The notes: a model not told the origin generated them from the sequence alone. Shown: positions 1 to 13,510, counted from the first letter of the stretch. The stretch: DNA of 64,000 nt from Eledone cirrhosa (GCA_964016885.1 OZ024744.1:117180001-117244000); one strand, 5' to 3'. A program made the numbers and translations.

Positions 1-835
1 TATTTGATTAATTGACTATTTCTAATTAACTTAAGGATTCGAAAATAAACCGTCATATAACTACACCCAGAAATATATTTGATATTTTGATTGATTGACT
101 ATTTCTAAATAATTTAACGATTCAAAATTATTCATTCACAAAGCTATACCCAAATATATATTTTTACATCATCTAATTATACGCTGTTTATCCATAACAA
201 TACAAGTCCCCCTCCCTGTGTTTTATACTATAAAACTTATTTTCTCCTCCTCTACTCTCTATCCTTAATCAATTTTCTTTTGCTTTCGTGCATAACATAT
301 TCTATATTTCTAGTCATTCTCTCTTTCCTCATCTGTTTTTCTCTCTCTGTCTTTCACTTCCCCTTTCTACAATAATGTGTTATTCATATATTACTTTATT
401 TAAATTATTTAAATTTCTAATAGTTATGTAGGTTTATATTATATTAGTAGTTATTTATTATTATGTATCTTTATAAGCTTTCTCACACGCACCCTCTGTA
501 CTATATGTAATTTTTTCCTGTCTCAATCTTAAGGTATATAAATATTGAGTTTTGTCCTATCTTATTCACTGCCATGACTGAATTTTAACCATCTACTAAG
601 TCAAGGTATGTCAAGCATCATCTTATTTTATCTGATGAGGAGGTACTGTTGAAGGTAGCTCAGTACCTCTGAAATATGTATAATAAAATATACTTGATCA
701 CACGAATGTCTATATTTGTTAATATTTTGAATTAATATTAATAACTCCGGAAAACCATTACTGTGGAGTGCTTCTAATCTATTGTAAAACTTTATTCATT
801 GATTTATTCATTGAACTTTGTTTAACCTTTAATTA
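1..835 (+). mobile_element. Probable Penelope-like terminal repeat (pLTR) remnant ending in (TA)n
   Basis: AT-rich non-coding stretch containing a hammerhead and ending at a TA microsatellite. No ORF seen, so the assignment is inferred. Confidence 0.4.
623..690 (+). ncRNA. Type I hammerhead ribozyme (Penelope-like, near-palindromic stem III)
   Basis: TATTTTAT-CTGATGA-G-GAGGTACTG(loop)CAGTACCTC-T-GAAA-TATGTA-TA-ATAAAATA. Conserved core, 9-bp stem II, 8-bp stem I, predicted cleavage after AUA. Confidence 0.8.
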
Positions 836-868
836 TATATATATATATATACACACATGTACACACAC

Positions 869-919
<51 letters not shown>

Positions 920-1460
920 TAGGCAATATGCAGAAGAAAAAGAAAAGACAACAGAAAAAAACAAGCATCATCATCATTGTCATCATCATCATCAACAACA
1001 ACAACGTCATGATCATCAACATCATTACCATCATCATCATCATCATCATCATCACGACCATCATCATCAACAGCAGCAATGATACTTTAAAATAAGGGAT
1101 TTCTTCCTCTTCTTCCATTGATATCTAGTTGGTAGAGATCCCTGTAGTATAATTGTTGATAACTACCTTTAACTTAGAGAGAGGGGGGGAGTATATATGT
1201 ATATATATAGAGAGAGAGGAGGGAGAGAGCAGAGAGTGGAAGGGGGAGAGAGCAGAGAGGGGAAGGGGGAGAAAGTAGAGAGGGCGAGAGAGTAGAGAGG
1301 GAAGGGAGGAGAGAATAGAGAGGGGAAGGGGGAGAGAGTAGAGAGGGAAGGGGGGAAAGTGTATATATATAGAGAGAGAGCGAGGAGGGAGAGAGCAGAG
1401 AGTGGAAGGGGGAGAGAGGGAGGGGGAGAGAGTAGAGAGGGAGGGAAGGGGGGGAGAGTG

Positions 1461-1492
<32 letters not shown>

Positions 1493-2160
1493 TCTTTCTG
1501 GCAAATATCCCAAAATGGATTTAACAGATTCCATAGCAAACACCCAGCTGAAAACAACCTCTTCTCTTATAGAATCTCTCTCTCTCAATCAAACATCTTT
1601 CTCTCTCTCTCTCTTTCAAACATCTTTCTCTCTCTCTCTCTCACTAACACCCCCCCCCCTCTCCTCACTACCCCCCCCCCCCCCTCCCCAATCTATCTAT
1701 TTCTCACCAACATCCAGGATTGGCTACACTGCATTGTGAAGTATCTGCAGTGACAGATCACCATTATCATCATCATCATCATCATCATCACTAATCACTA
1801 TCATGATCACCACCACCACCACCACCACTACCACCACTACCACCACTATCACCATCATCACTATCACTATCATGATCATCACCACCACCACCACCACTAT
1901 CACCATCATCACTATCACTATCATGATCACCACCACCACCACCACCACCACCACCACCACCACCACCACCACCATCATCACTATCACTATCATGATCACC
2001 ACCACTACCACCACCACCACCACCATCATCACCATCACTATCATGATCATCACCACCACCACCACCACTACTACCACTACCACCACTACCACCACTATCC
2101 CCATCATCATCATTACTATCATCATAATCATCATCATCACCACCACCACCACTACCACCA

Positions 2161-2190
<30 letters not shown>
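835..2190. repeat. Compound microsatellites (TA, AG, CAT, CAC, purine-rich GA tracts)
   Basis: Directly visible low-complexity runs; they explain the poly-His/Thr/Val ORFs. Confidence 0.95.
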
Positions 2191-2191
<1 letters not shown>

Positions 2192-2198
<7 letters not shown>

Positions 2199-2356
2199 GA
2201 TTAATTATTACTACAGATTAAAGATTAAGCAAAGAATTTCTGCTATCACACTATACAGGATCTTCTGAAACTCTGAGTTTCAGAAGATCCTGAATAGTGT
2301 GATAGCAGAAATTCTTTGCTTAATCTTTAATCTGTAGTAATAATTAATCTATATAT
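2192..2356. repeat. Near-perfect fold-back palindrome (~82-bp arms) centred at 2274
   Basis: TAGATTAATTATTACTACAG...GAAACTC-T-GAGTTTC...CTGTAGTAATAATTAATCTA, one mismatch, with TA/AG microsatellites mirrored on both sides. Confidence 0.95.
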
Positions 2357-2705
2357 AGAGAGAGAGAGAATTCACAAGAATCAAAGCTATGTTCAAAACA
2401 TTTATTCACTTACAATTGTTTCATCCAAACCTAGGCTTGGAGTCTTCAGAGCATTTTTCAATGTTTGTACACATAATTGACCTCCTTTCCAACGCAAGAG
2501 ACATACAGATACATATATATATATATATATATATTGATGTACAGTGGAGTGACATATATTATTTCAAATCCAAAATCAAATCAAAATTCCGTATTGGATG
2601 TTTGATGCATTAAATTACTGACCTTCACTGTTTAGGGTTTAAAATATACATAACTATAAAAAGTTTTAGTATATACATAACCATAAATAGTATCCTTAAT
2701 ATTAT

Positions 2706-2737
<32 letters not shown>

Positions 2738-2876
2738 GAGTACAGCTGAGAAAAATCAATCTGTAGTTACAACCAAATGTTGTCTTGAGATGAGCTTAGG
2801 GTGAAAGCAGAATGTCAAGGGTCGTAACTCTATGCTGGAAAGCATGGTGTACGGCCCTCTACCGATACTGCCAATC

Positions 2877-5800
2877 TAATAATAATGCTTTCTTTATTAA
2901 CCACAAGGGTTGACACAAAGTAGACATTAAGGACAACACAGGACAATACAAATGGACATTTCTGCGTGTAAAAAAAAACAAAAACAGAGTGTGACAAAAG
3001 GAAACAATGAAAAATTTCCAACAGGGGGGAGACATCTGAGGGTTGCTCGTGGAGAAAGCCCACAAGAAAAGCCACGGTTACCCTGAGCTAGAGCAATGGC
3101 CTCTTCCAGTTTTCCTCCTACAATGCTACAGGCACATGTTCAGGGTAGACCCATTCACATGGGTCATTCTTGCCTCTCTCACCCATCTTTCAACAAACTG
3201 GCTGGAGGTCAGCACTTCCCTCTCCACCCTGATTTTCCTATTTAGGTGAAACCTGAAAAAGTTAATGAGGGCATCACCGAAGAGGAAAGTGCCGGTCCTC
3301 CACTCTTTCAGACGTGTCCAGCATACAATCTCTTTTACCAAGGAAGGCGGTGGGGCAATCTTCACGATGGACTCAGTTGAAAGCCAGATCCGTTCTACAC
3401 GTGACAGCAGGTGTTCGGCATAAACCCACAAATTAGCAATGCTCAGACACTGGACGAGTGCGTGCAGGACGGTTTCATCACCCTGTCTGCATCTCGGACA
3501 GGTTCGGTTGACGGCACTTCCATGCCTGTAGAGTTTATCCCGAACTGGCAAGGCCTCTCGGTAACATTGCCAGGCCAGGGATTTCTGGAAGTTGTCCATG
3601 AGCCCTGGCCCGAAAGTTCTCCCGAAGAGATTGGCTAGTTGGTTTTCATCGATGCCTAGAGTTTCTCCAAGGACATCGTTGCTCTTTCCTTCCACTAATC
3701 TTCTATAGAAAGCCAAGGTGGAGTTTCCAACGATTGTATTGCTCGACTGGTCAAGGGCTGTAAGCGCCTGAAGACATTCCAGTCTCCAAGCGCTTCATCT
3801 CGGACTGCAGCTCTGCCAAGGAGACAAGCTGGGGAAACATGTGTCTAGCAAAGGGCGACCACACCTGATCACCATCGAGGAAGAGGTGGAGATGCCATAG
3901 TCTGAGCGTATGTCTGCGCATCATCAGCCACGGCATTCCCAGCCCTCCGTGTAGCGGGTGTTGACAACAGTTGGTCCGCCTGATCATCGGAGCACATCCC
4001 TTCCACAAAAAGCGAAAGAGCAAATGCTCCAGTGCAGTCAGGCGAGGCTTAGGACAAGGCACGACGGTCAGGTGGTAGCAGATGACGGACCGCTCAACCT
4101 TTCAGGGTTATTTTCCTCTCGGTCCATTTCTGGGTGAGAGAAAACACCTTGCACGTGACTTCCTCCCAGTTTTTGTCTGTCTGGAGGTCCGGACCGAACC
4201 AGACCCCTAGCAATTTAACCGGTCCGTCTGTCCAGAGCCCGACGATGCTGTTGGGTGGCATGGACCTGCCTCTCCAGGTGCCGAGTTGCAGGCCTACTGA
4301 TTTTTCCTGGTTGATCATTGCTTCTGTCACTACCTCATATTCTCTTCGTGTGGTGCCGATTGCCTTGATGTGTTTGGTGTTCGACACCACTATGGTGATG
4401 TCATCTGCATAAGCTGACACTGTTCTTCCGCATCCTAGTTCACGTGGGATCCCCCTCAATGTCTCTAGTTTGTGCAGTAATGGCTCAAGAGTCAATACAT
4501 ACAACAAGGACGAGAGAGGACATCTATGGCGGATCGAACGCATCATGTTAAACAGTTCCGAAAGGTGACCGTTCATTCTCACCAGAGTAGATGTCGCTGT
4601 GCATGGCAGCAATCCAGCCTCTGAAGACAGGCCCAAAGCCAGCCGCTCTTAGGACTGCTACCAGATAACGATGGTCGACCCTATCGAAAGCTTTTGACTG
4701 ATCTAAATTGATCAAAGACCCACCCATGCTAGGTTCCCTAGCTACCCTCTCTACGATGTATCGCATGAGGTGGAGGTTGTTGTGGATGGATCTGTCTGGA
4801 ATGGCGCATGTTTGCACCTCTCCCACCAGACCACCAACGACAAGCGCCAACCTCTTTGCTAGCACCTTAGCCAAAATCTTGAAGTCTGTGTTTAGCAGAG
4901 TTATGGGCCTGAAATTTTCTATGTTATCCCCCTTGCTCGGATCCTTTCTCAGCAGCGCCACCGCTCCTCGGCTCACAGAGCTGGGAATTCACCCCTTCTG
5001 CTGCCAGTAGCAGTAGACGTCCACCAAGAGTCTTCGAACAAGTCTGGCATATGTATGCAAAATTTGTAAGGCAGACCATCCAAACCAGGCGATTTACCCA
5101 TTGTGCAGCTACTCATTGCCTCCGGTACTTCAGCAGCTGTCATCGGCCTTTCGCAACACTCCGCCTCAGTGGCCGAGAGCCGTCGCAGTCCGTCGAGGTA
5201 GGCACTGAAGTCCATTCCATGATGCGGCTCGCCATTGCCCCCAAACAGCTGAGCAAAGTGCCGCTGAAAAGCTGCACACATCTGCCCAGGATCGAGTATC
5301 ATGTGCCTGTCGTGGTTCGCCAAAGACTGGATAGTGGCTTTGTTTCCACGACGCGCCTCCGCCACCCGGGCCCATTGAACGGCTTTTGTCCCCTCATGTC
5401 TGAGAGCACGCACCCTAACTCTGACAATGCAGCCTTCGTGCTTAGCATTGAAAAATTGGTCAAGAGCCAATTTCGTCGCAAGCACGCCGGTTGCGATGCC
5501 TTTACTAAGCGCCTCGTCTAATTTCTTAACTAGATTTCCTTCTGCTCTATTTTTCTCTGTTACTAGCGCTTTACTAAACCTAATGGATTCTATTCTAATC
5601 GCTATTTTCAGGGCAAACCACCATTTGTTGTTGATGATGGCCCCTGTCAACGCCTGCTTTACTAATTCGCTAATCTGGTCTCTGTAAGCTTTGCGTGCTG
5701 TTAACGATGCGTTTAGTTTCCAGTTGCTGGGAGCCTATTTAAGTCAACCACACAAATCACGAATTTGTGGTCCATGTAGCTGACTATCTTGAATTGTGGA

Positions 5801-6345
5801 CAGCCTATTCTAGACCTATCTATTTTCCTACAAAATACCCTATCTAGATATGATCTGGATGACCCGATGCGGTTTGTCCAAGTCCACATTGGCACTTTCA
5901 GGAAATCCAATCGGTACCTGTTCGACAGTTAAAAACGCCTGAGTAGGTTTGTGAGGATTTTACACCCTCCTCCCTTATCCGCTAATCCCACACAATCCCA
6001 GCGTGCATCTAAGATCCCGTTCCAGTTGCCCATTAACACTAGAGAGCGGGACGTTCCAAGAAAGGTCTCCAGACGCCGGAAGAATTCAGGCCGTCCTGCT
6101 CCTGTTGGGGCATAGGCGACCACTAGCCTGAAAGCTTGTCCTTCTCCGCTGGTCACATCCAGTACCACCAACTTACCCTCTGATTCCAAGAAAACAGCCC
6201 GTATCTTGAGATCCAGACTTCTCTGGAACAACATGGCCACTGCCCTCCCAGATCCGGGACGGCTTGGAGATGTGTACACCTCATAGCCACCGAAAATGGG
6301 TGCGAATGCCTGTGCCTCGGAGATTCTGGTCTCGCTGATGGCCAC
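2877..6345 (-). mobile_element. 5'-truncated L1/Tx1-clade LINE copy A (APE endonuclease + RT + C-terminal Cys/His domain), decayed
   Basis: ORF fragments: AISETR/YAP/SYLDRV (APE), FRPITLLNTDFKILAK, KAFDRVDH, YADD (RT), CPRC..ETVLHALVQC. 3' AATAAA followed by an ATT tail near 2877-2897. Confidence 0.9.
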
Positions 6346-9300
6346 AGTAATAGTAATAATGGTTTCTTTATTGGACACAAGGACTAACATGAAGATACAA
6401 AGTGGGTTTTGGCCTTGTAAAATGTTTATAAAAGACAGAAACGTGTAAAATAAATTAAAATTCAAACAACAAAAATTACCCAATAAGAGGGAAGCTTCCG
6501 AGGGTCACTCGTGGCGAAAACCACACAAAAGACCACGGCCACCCTGACCACCAGGACAAGCACCCTCTCTCAATTTTTCCATTTCTCAAACTACAGGCGT
6601 ATATTCAGAGCGGTCCCGTTCACTCGGACCATTCTCGCTACATTCACCCACCTTTCAACAAACTTACTAGAAGACAACACTTGCCTCCCCACCCTGATTT
6701 TCCTCTTCAAGTGAAATTTGAAAAAGTTAATCAGGGATTCGCCAAAGAGGAAAGTGTCTGTCTTCAACCCTTTCAACCTTGTCCACCACACAATCTCTTA
6801 TTCACCATGGCCACCAGGCAGATGAAAACTGCCTGCCCTTCCTCCTCTTTAAAGGAGGATGGCGGGGCTATCTGCACAATGGACTCAGTCGATAACCGGA
6901 TCCGTCCTACACGCGACAGCAACTGTTCAACATAGCCCCACAAGTCAGCAATCCTCGGGCACTGAAAAAGTGCGTGCAGGACTGTTTCGTCATCCTGCGC
7001 GCATCTCGAACAGCCTCGGCTGACAGCACCTCCGTGCCTGTAGAGCTTATCCCGAACCGGCAACGCTCCCCAGTAGCACTGCCAGGTCAGGGATTTCTGG
7101 AAATTGTTCATAGGCCCTGGGCTGAAAGTTCTCTTGAAGAGAGTGAACAGCTGATCGTCTTCGACGCCCAGGGTCTCCCCGAGAATGTCGTCACTCTCCC
7201 CCTCCACTAGTCCTCTATAGAACGCCTAGGTGGATGTTCCACTGATATCAGTGCCCAGCTGGTAGAGGGCGGTGAGCGCTTGGAGACATTCCAGCTTCCA
7301 AGCGCTATCCTTCGGTCTTTTTCTGATCCAGGACTGCAGCTCCATCAAGGAGACGAGCTGGGGAAAAGCGTGTCTGGCAGACTGCGACCACACCTGTTCA
7401 CCGTCAAGGAAGCACCAGAGATGTCGCAGCATCAGCACATGTTTGCACATCATCAGCCACGGCATGCCCAGTCCTCCACTCAACGGGTGCTGACAGCAGA
7501 TGGATCGTTTGACCAGGGGAGCATTTCCCTTCCACAAAAAGCGGAAGAGAAGGCGCTCCATTTTGGTCAGAGTTGGACGGGGGCAAGATACGACGGTGAG
7601 GCGGTAGCAGATGACAGACGCAATGTACGCAATCGCCACCTCCGCCCGACCTTTCAGAGACAGCCTCCTCTCAGCCAATTTCTGGGTGAGAGAAGCCACC
7701 CTGCTCATCACCTCGCTCCAGTTTTTCTCCATCTAGAGGTCCAGACCGAACCAGACTCCAACCAATTTAATTGGTCCTTCTGTCCAGCACACCACGACGC
7801 TGTTGGACGGCATGGACTTGCCTCTCCAGGTGCCGAGTTGCAAGCCCACCGACTTTTCCTGATTTATCTTTGTTCCTGTCACCGCTTCATATTCCTTGAG
7901 AGTGGTGCTGAGCCTCTGGACATGTCTGGTGCTCAACACCACCACAGTGACATCGTCGGCATAAGCTGACACGGGTCTCCCGCATTCCAGTTCACAAGGG
8001 ACCCCCCTCTTGGTCTCCAATTTGTGCAGTAATGGCTCGAGGTCTAGTACGTACAAGAGGAACAACTTTGGCGGACTGAGCGCATGATGCTGAACGGCTG
8101 CGACAAGTGACCATTCACCCTCACAATCGAGCAGATGTCGCTGAGCATCGGAGCGATCCAGCCTCTAAAAACGGGTCCGAAGCTGGCCACCTCAAGGACT
8201 GCAGCCAGGTACTGATGGTCGATCCTATCAAATACTTTAGATTGATCCAAGTTGATCAGGGCCCCACCCATGCCAGGTTCCTTAACAACCCTCTCTATGG
8301 TGTATCACATGAGATGTAGGTTGTGAATGGATCTGTCTCGAATGGCGCATGTCTGCGCCTCTCCCACCAGATCACTGATGACAAGCGCCAATCTCTTTGC
8401 TAACACCTTGGCCAAAATCTTGAAGTCTGTGTTTAGCAGAGTTATGGGCCTGAAGTTGTCTATAACGTCCCCCTTGTTCAGGTCTTTTCTCAGCAGTGCC
8501 ACCGCTCTCCAGCTCACAAAACTGGGAATGCTCCCGTTCTGCTGCCAGTTGCAGTAGACATCTGCCAAGAGGTCGCCAAACAAGTCTGGCATCTACGCGT
8601 AAAGCTAGTAGGGTAGACCACCCAAACCTGGCGATTTACCCCTCGTGCAGTTAGGCATCGCTTCCCGTATTTCGCCTGCTGTTATCGGCCTTTCGCAGCA
8701 GTGTGGCGACAGTCATTCGAAGTATGCACCGAAGTCCATACTCCGATCCTGCCCACCGCCGCCCCCAAATAATCGAGCAAAGTGCTGTTGAAAAGCCACA
8801 CAAATCTGCTCGGGTTCGAGCAATATGCGCCTGTTTTGATCAGGCAAAGATCGTATTGTGGATTTGTTGCCACATCGTGCCTACACCACCCGGGCCCATT
8901 GAATGGCTTCGTCCCCTCGTGTCTCAGAACACGTCTCTAGCTCTGACAACGCATCCTTCAGGTTTTGCGTTGAAGAATTGGTCGAGTGCCAATCTAGCTG
9001 CAAGCACATCGGTTGCGATGCCTGTCTTAAATGCCTCTTCTAGTTTCCTAACTAGGTCTCCTTCTACTTTGTTTTCCTCTATCACTACTCCTTTGCTAAA
9101 CCTTATCGATTCTACTCTAATTGCCCTTTTCAGGGTAAACCACCACCTGTTGTTGATGATCGCACCCGTCAACGCACGCTTAACTAATTCGCTAATCTGG
9201 TTTCTGTAAGCTTTCCGTGCCAGGAAAGATGCGTTCAGCTTCCAGTAACCGAGCCCTTGCCTATGGAGTCTATCTAAGTCAACCTCACAGGTCACGAATT

Positions 9301-10540
9301 TGTGGTCCGTGTAGTCGACTACTTTAAATTGTGGACAGCCTACACTAGCCTTATCTGTTTCCCTACAGAATACCCTATCTAAATATGATCTGGATGACCC
9401 GATGCAGTTTGCCCATGTCCACATTGGTACTTTCGGATAATCCAGTCTACACCTGTGAGACAGTTCAAAACGTGCATCTAAGATACCGTTTCAGTCGCCC
9501 ACTAAAGAGCGGGGCGTTCGAAGAAAGGTCTCTAGATGTCTGAAGAAATCTGGCCGTCCTGCACCTGTTGAGGCGTAGACGGCTACTAGCCTGAAAGCAT
9601 TGCCTTCGCTGCCGGTCATGTCCAGTACCACCGACATACCTTCTGGGTCCAGGAAGATGGCCTGTATGGTGAGATCCAAGCCTCTCCAAAAAAGCACAGC
9701 AACTCCTACCCCCGATCCTGGACGGCTGGGAGATGCATATACATTGTAGCCGCTGAAGATCGGTGTGAAGGTTCGTGCTTTGGAGATTCTGGTCTCGCTG
9801 ATGGCCACCACATCTGTGTTTAGTGACCTGAGGTTGTTGAGCAGGTAACCCTGCTTCCAAGATGACCCCAGGCCATGTACATTTATGCTGCCTATTCTAA
9901 GTACGGCTATGCTGGATGAGGAATGGGGCAAGTGAGAAAGGCTTACTTACCTTGATCATGTGGGGAAGGGACAGTAGAACCATCCCCTCGGCTGGTCATG
10001 GGTGTCTCCAAGACGATATCTTTCTAAATTCTTTTGGAGACTGACCCCCTGAAATCCCCAACTGCGTTGGGGAATTTTTGTTTTAATTATTTGTAGTTTT
10101 CGAGTTCAATTTCCACAATGTTAATGTTATTTGGTAATGTTCTTGGTGTTGGTGGTGTGTGGTAATTTACGTCTGAAATATCGGTGTGGTTTTTTATGTG
10201 TTACATTAGTCCTTGGTGTACAATGTTTATGGCTGTGTATTTTTTGTGGGGGGTTGTTGGTGTTTTCTTGTTGTTGTTGGGTATGTTTGATTTGTTGTGT
10301 TTGTGATGTTGGTGTTGGAGGTGATGCTTGTGGTTGTGATGGTGATTTTGGTGGTGTTGCTGCAAGTCTCTTTGCAGTCTTTATTCTTCTTTCTTTGCCT
10401 TCGCTTTTGGAGGGGGCAGGTGTGTGGTGTTTTTGTGCTTGTTTTGTTGACAACCGTTTTCCACTCCTCAGCCACCTCATACTCCATGTCCGACTGTGAG
10501 GGGTCGGGGAGGGGTATGAGTTCTACCCTCTCATTTGTCT

Positions 10541-10593
<53 letters not shown>

Positions 10594-12152
10594 GGTGGTG
10601 GTGGTGGTGGTGGTAGAGCCTGGTTTGCCGCTCCTGGCACAGGTGCAGCTAGTGCAACTGTTTCTGTTGCTGCAGCTGCCGCCGCTGTTTTTGTTGTCTG
10701 TGGCTTTGGTGTGGGTGCCACGGACGTTGTCTTCCTACTCTCTGTAGAAGCTCTCGACATTTTAGCTGACTGCCCTGTTTCTGATGGCAGCGGTTCCGGC
10801 GTTGGAAGGAGGGGACCTTAGCCTTTATTATTATCTGGGGGCAGAAAGCCCTGAGGTGAGACTTTGATCCACAGTTGAAGCACTTTCGGCGCCTTCCTTC
10901 AACAGATATGGGAAGTTGGGAGCCATTCCCGGGGTCTATTACGTCGGGAATAGCGCTGATGCAGACCTGGTTGGTTTGGATGAGCATCTCCATTCCAATA
11001 CTGGACCAGTCCCCTCTCCCCAACTTCTGTACCTGCAGAATGGTTGTTTTATCTTCGATGCCCGCAAGAACAGACACGACCAGCCAAGGCACGGGTATGT
11101 AGGGCAGACCTGGGTTACCTTGACCTTGACCTTTGCAATTTTTTTCCCGCAGTAAAACGGGACTAACATTATGTCATCACTCCATAGGGTCCTCAGTGAG
11201 TGCGATTTTGCTTCCTGGGTGGTAGCAAAAAGGACGTCCACAGTAGCATATTTCTTGCCACAGGGGATGTGGGTTTTCCGTGCTCACACAGTTCCCAAGG
11301 CCTTCTGGATTTGGGCCTCCGTAGCTCTCTCCACACGACGCGATTTCGTGGCAATCGTGCGGTATGACACTGTGCCTCGCTCTTGTTCCTCCAGGAAGTC
11401 GGTTGGTGGTTTCAAGGACACTGAAAATTCAGTTCTGGTTACCACGTGTCTTGCGACCGCCATCTTCTCCTCTGTGACCATGACTGTTTCTATGTTGCGA
11501 GTTACCTTTGCAAAAGAGGTGGTCTCTTTTTCAGTGGCATCATTGTTGCCACTACTGCCACTACTGCTGCTGCTACTGGTCTTGTTGTTGTTGTTGCTAC
11601 TGCTACAAATGGTGTTGTTGGTGTTGCTGCTGCTGCTACTGCTACTGCTACTACAGGTGTTATTGTTAATACTGCTGTTGCTGCTGCTGCTGCTACCTCC
11701 TTTGTTGTCAAATGCATCAGCAGCAGCTGCTTCTTGACCGCTGCTTGATGAAGAAGAGAAAGAAATGGCCTTTGCCTGACTTTCACTGTGTGACGATGAA
11801 GAAGACGAAAAGGAAAGCGAGACTCCACGCTGACTGTTGGGTGAAGAAAGAGAAAATTGAGAAGGATACCTTGCTGAATGGATAATTTTTTAGTGGATAC
11901 ACGGCATGGAAATGGATTTTTTGAATGACAACATTTTTCTTTTTCTTTTTGGCGGGACGTATTTGCTAAATACGAAGTTCAGATACGGGATTTAGTCCCG
12001 AAGGGCTAAATACTGATTAATTACTACCACTTCAAAAGAAGTGGGGTGTGTTTACACACAAAACAATATGATTTTTACATTAAGTTCGCAATAAAACTTC
12101 AAAAATCACAAAATTACGGGAACAAACTTTCCTGCGACGTGTATACTTCCAC
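6346..12152 (-). mobile_element. Near full-length L1/Tx1-clade LINE copy B, decayed (ORF1 + ORF2)
   Basis: ORF1 zinc knuckle CFNCGSKSHLRAFC (10649-11092). ORF2 from ~9931: IGSINVHGL APE, RT motifs, YADD. 3' AATAAA plus tail at 6346-6372; 5' end abuts (AAT)n at 12153. Confidence 0.9.
10649..11481 (-). pseudogene. L1/Tx1 ORF1 (gag-like CCHC zinc knuckle), frameshifted
   Basis: C-x2-C-x4-H-x4-C motif; fragments lie in several frames directly upstream of ORF2. Confidence 0.75.
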
Positions 12153-13510
12153 AATAATAATAATAATAAAATTATTGTGTACAGTGCTCAGGTGCACTAC
12201 AACTCATCAAAGGTGCATGTATAGTACATAGAATAATTGTTTCTACTTTTGCACAAGGCCAGCAATTGCCCAGTACATTACTGGTACTTTATTTTATCGA
12301 CCCCGTAAGGATGAAAGGCAAAGTTAACCTCAACGGGATTTGAACTCAGTCCTTAAAGGGATGTAACTATGCTAGAAAGCATGGCATCCAACCCTTTACC
12401 AATACTGCTAATTCACCGCCTTACATAGAATAATGTACAAATGTCAGGAAAAACAGTGTATTATTCATGATATACATGTGTGCGTGTATATGGAGGGGTG
12501 ATATCATGTGTAGTGTTGGTGAATCTCAGGAAGCATGGAGGTTTTAAAGGATGATGCAGTGACTCGACAGCTAACAACTGATGCAGGTAGTTTGTTCGAT
12601 GCTTCAGCAATTCTGAGCATGAAAAAATGTGTCCGAAAGTCATGGGAGCTGTGCTGTTTTCTGACTTTGTAGGCATGTCCACGTGTGTTAGACACATGGA
12701 AATGGTCCACAGGGTTGTTGTTGGCAAGATGGTTAATAATCTTGTGGGTGTCTACTAAGTCAATTGCCAGACGTCGGAGCTTCATTGTATCCATGCCCAG
12801 AGAAGCAAGGCGTTCAGAGTATGGTAGATGCCTGATGGAGGGTATTCGCTTGGTTGCACGTCCCTGAATAGTTTCCAGGAGGTCAATCTTCTGAGCAAGA
12901 TAGGGGTTCCAGACTGGTGATGCAAATTCCAAGTGTAGTCGTATGATGGAGAGCGGCTGACAAAGGTCTTTCTGAGTGATGCTAAGAGACCCTCGGCCTT
13001 CTTGACAATCTTAGAGACGTGCTTCGTCCAATGCAAATCGCTGACCATAATGCCCAGGTCACGTTCACAAGAAGACTTCTTGATATTAGTGTTGTGGAGG
13101 GAGTATCTGGATGCTGGGTTTTTACTCCCAAAATGCATGGTGGTACACTTGTCCACAGCCAACTTCAGTTGCCAGTCCGTGATCCATTGTTGCAGTGTGT
13201 CCAGGTCTGATTGCAGGAAAGATCTATAGTGTTCAGGATCTGTCCGTTTTATCTCAAGGTACAGCTTGATGTCATCTGCATATTTCAGTACTGTGGCATT
13301 CTTTAAGTTGGCACCTATGTCATTAATATATGCCACAAACAAAAAGGGACCAAGAACAGATCTCTGTGGTACACAAAATGACATCTCATACGGTGAGGAA
13401 TGCTGTCCTAGAACCGTGACTACCTCTTTTCGGATGAGAATGAAGAACTTCAACCAGTTAAAAAGATCATCCTTCACACCCATTGCAGAGAGTTTTGCCA
13501 TAAGTCTTTT
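12153..13510 (-). mobile_element. CR1/L2-group LINE 3' fragment
   Basis: VPQRSVLGPFLF, KYADDIKLY, ERDLG, LETIQGRATKRIP; (ATT)n tail. Confidence 0.85.
12238..12421 (-). mobile_element. tRNA-derived SINE with Nin/Deu-type central domain, inserted in the CR1 3' end
   Basis: GGCGGTGAATTAGCAG..GAGTTCAAATCC (B box)..TTTGCCTTTCATCC..GGGGTCGATAAA..GTACCAG. 13-bp target-site duplication TACATAGAATAAT at 12225-12237 and 12422-12434. Confidence 0.85.

Noticed and set aside
768-2204. His/Thr/Val-rich ORFs (similar ones at 21.7-22.4, 29.9-30.9, 48.5-49.3, 51.6-52.4, 56.6-58.5 and 60.0-61.0 kb)
   Set aside because: Microsatellite artefacts.
2414-2484. Possible minus-strand exon with GTAAGT donor (GQLCVQTLKNALKTPSLGLDETI)
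   Set aside because: Weak acceptor, no consistent neighbouring exons and no recognisable homology.
2783-2825. GATGA-GCTTAGGGT-GAAA..GTC hammerhead-like string
   Set aside because: The core lacks CUGA, and the region overlaps a decayed SINE head.
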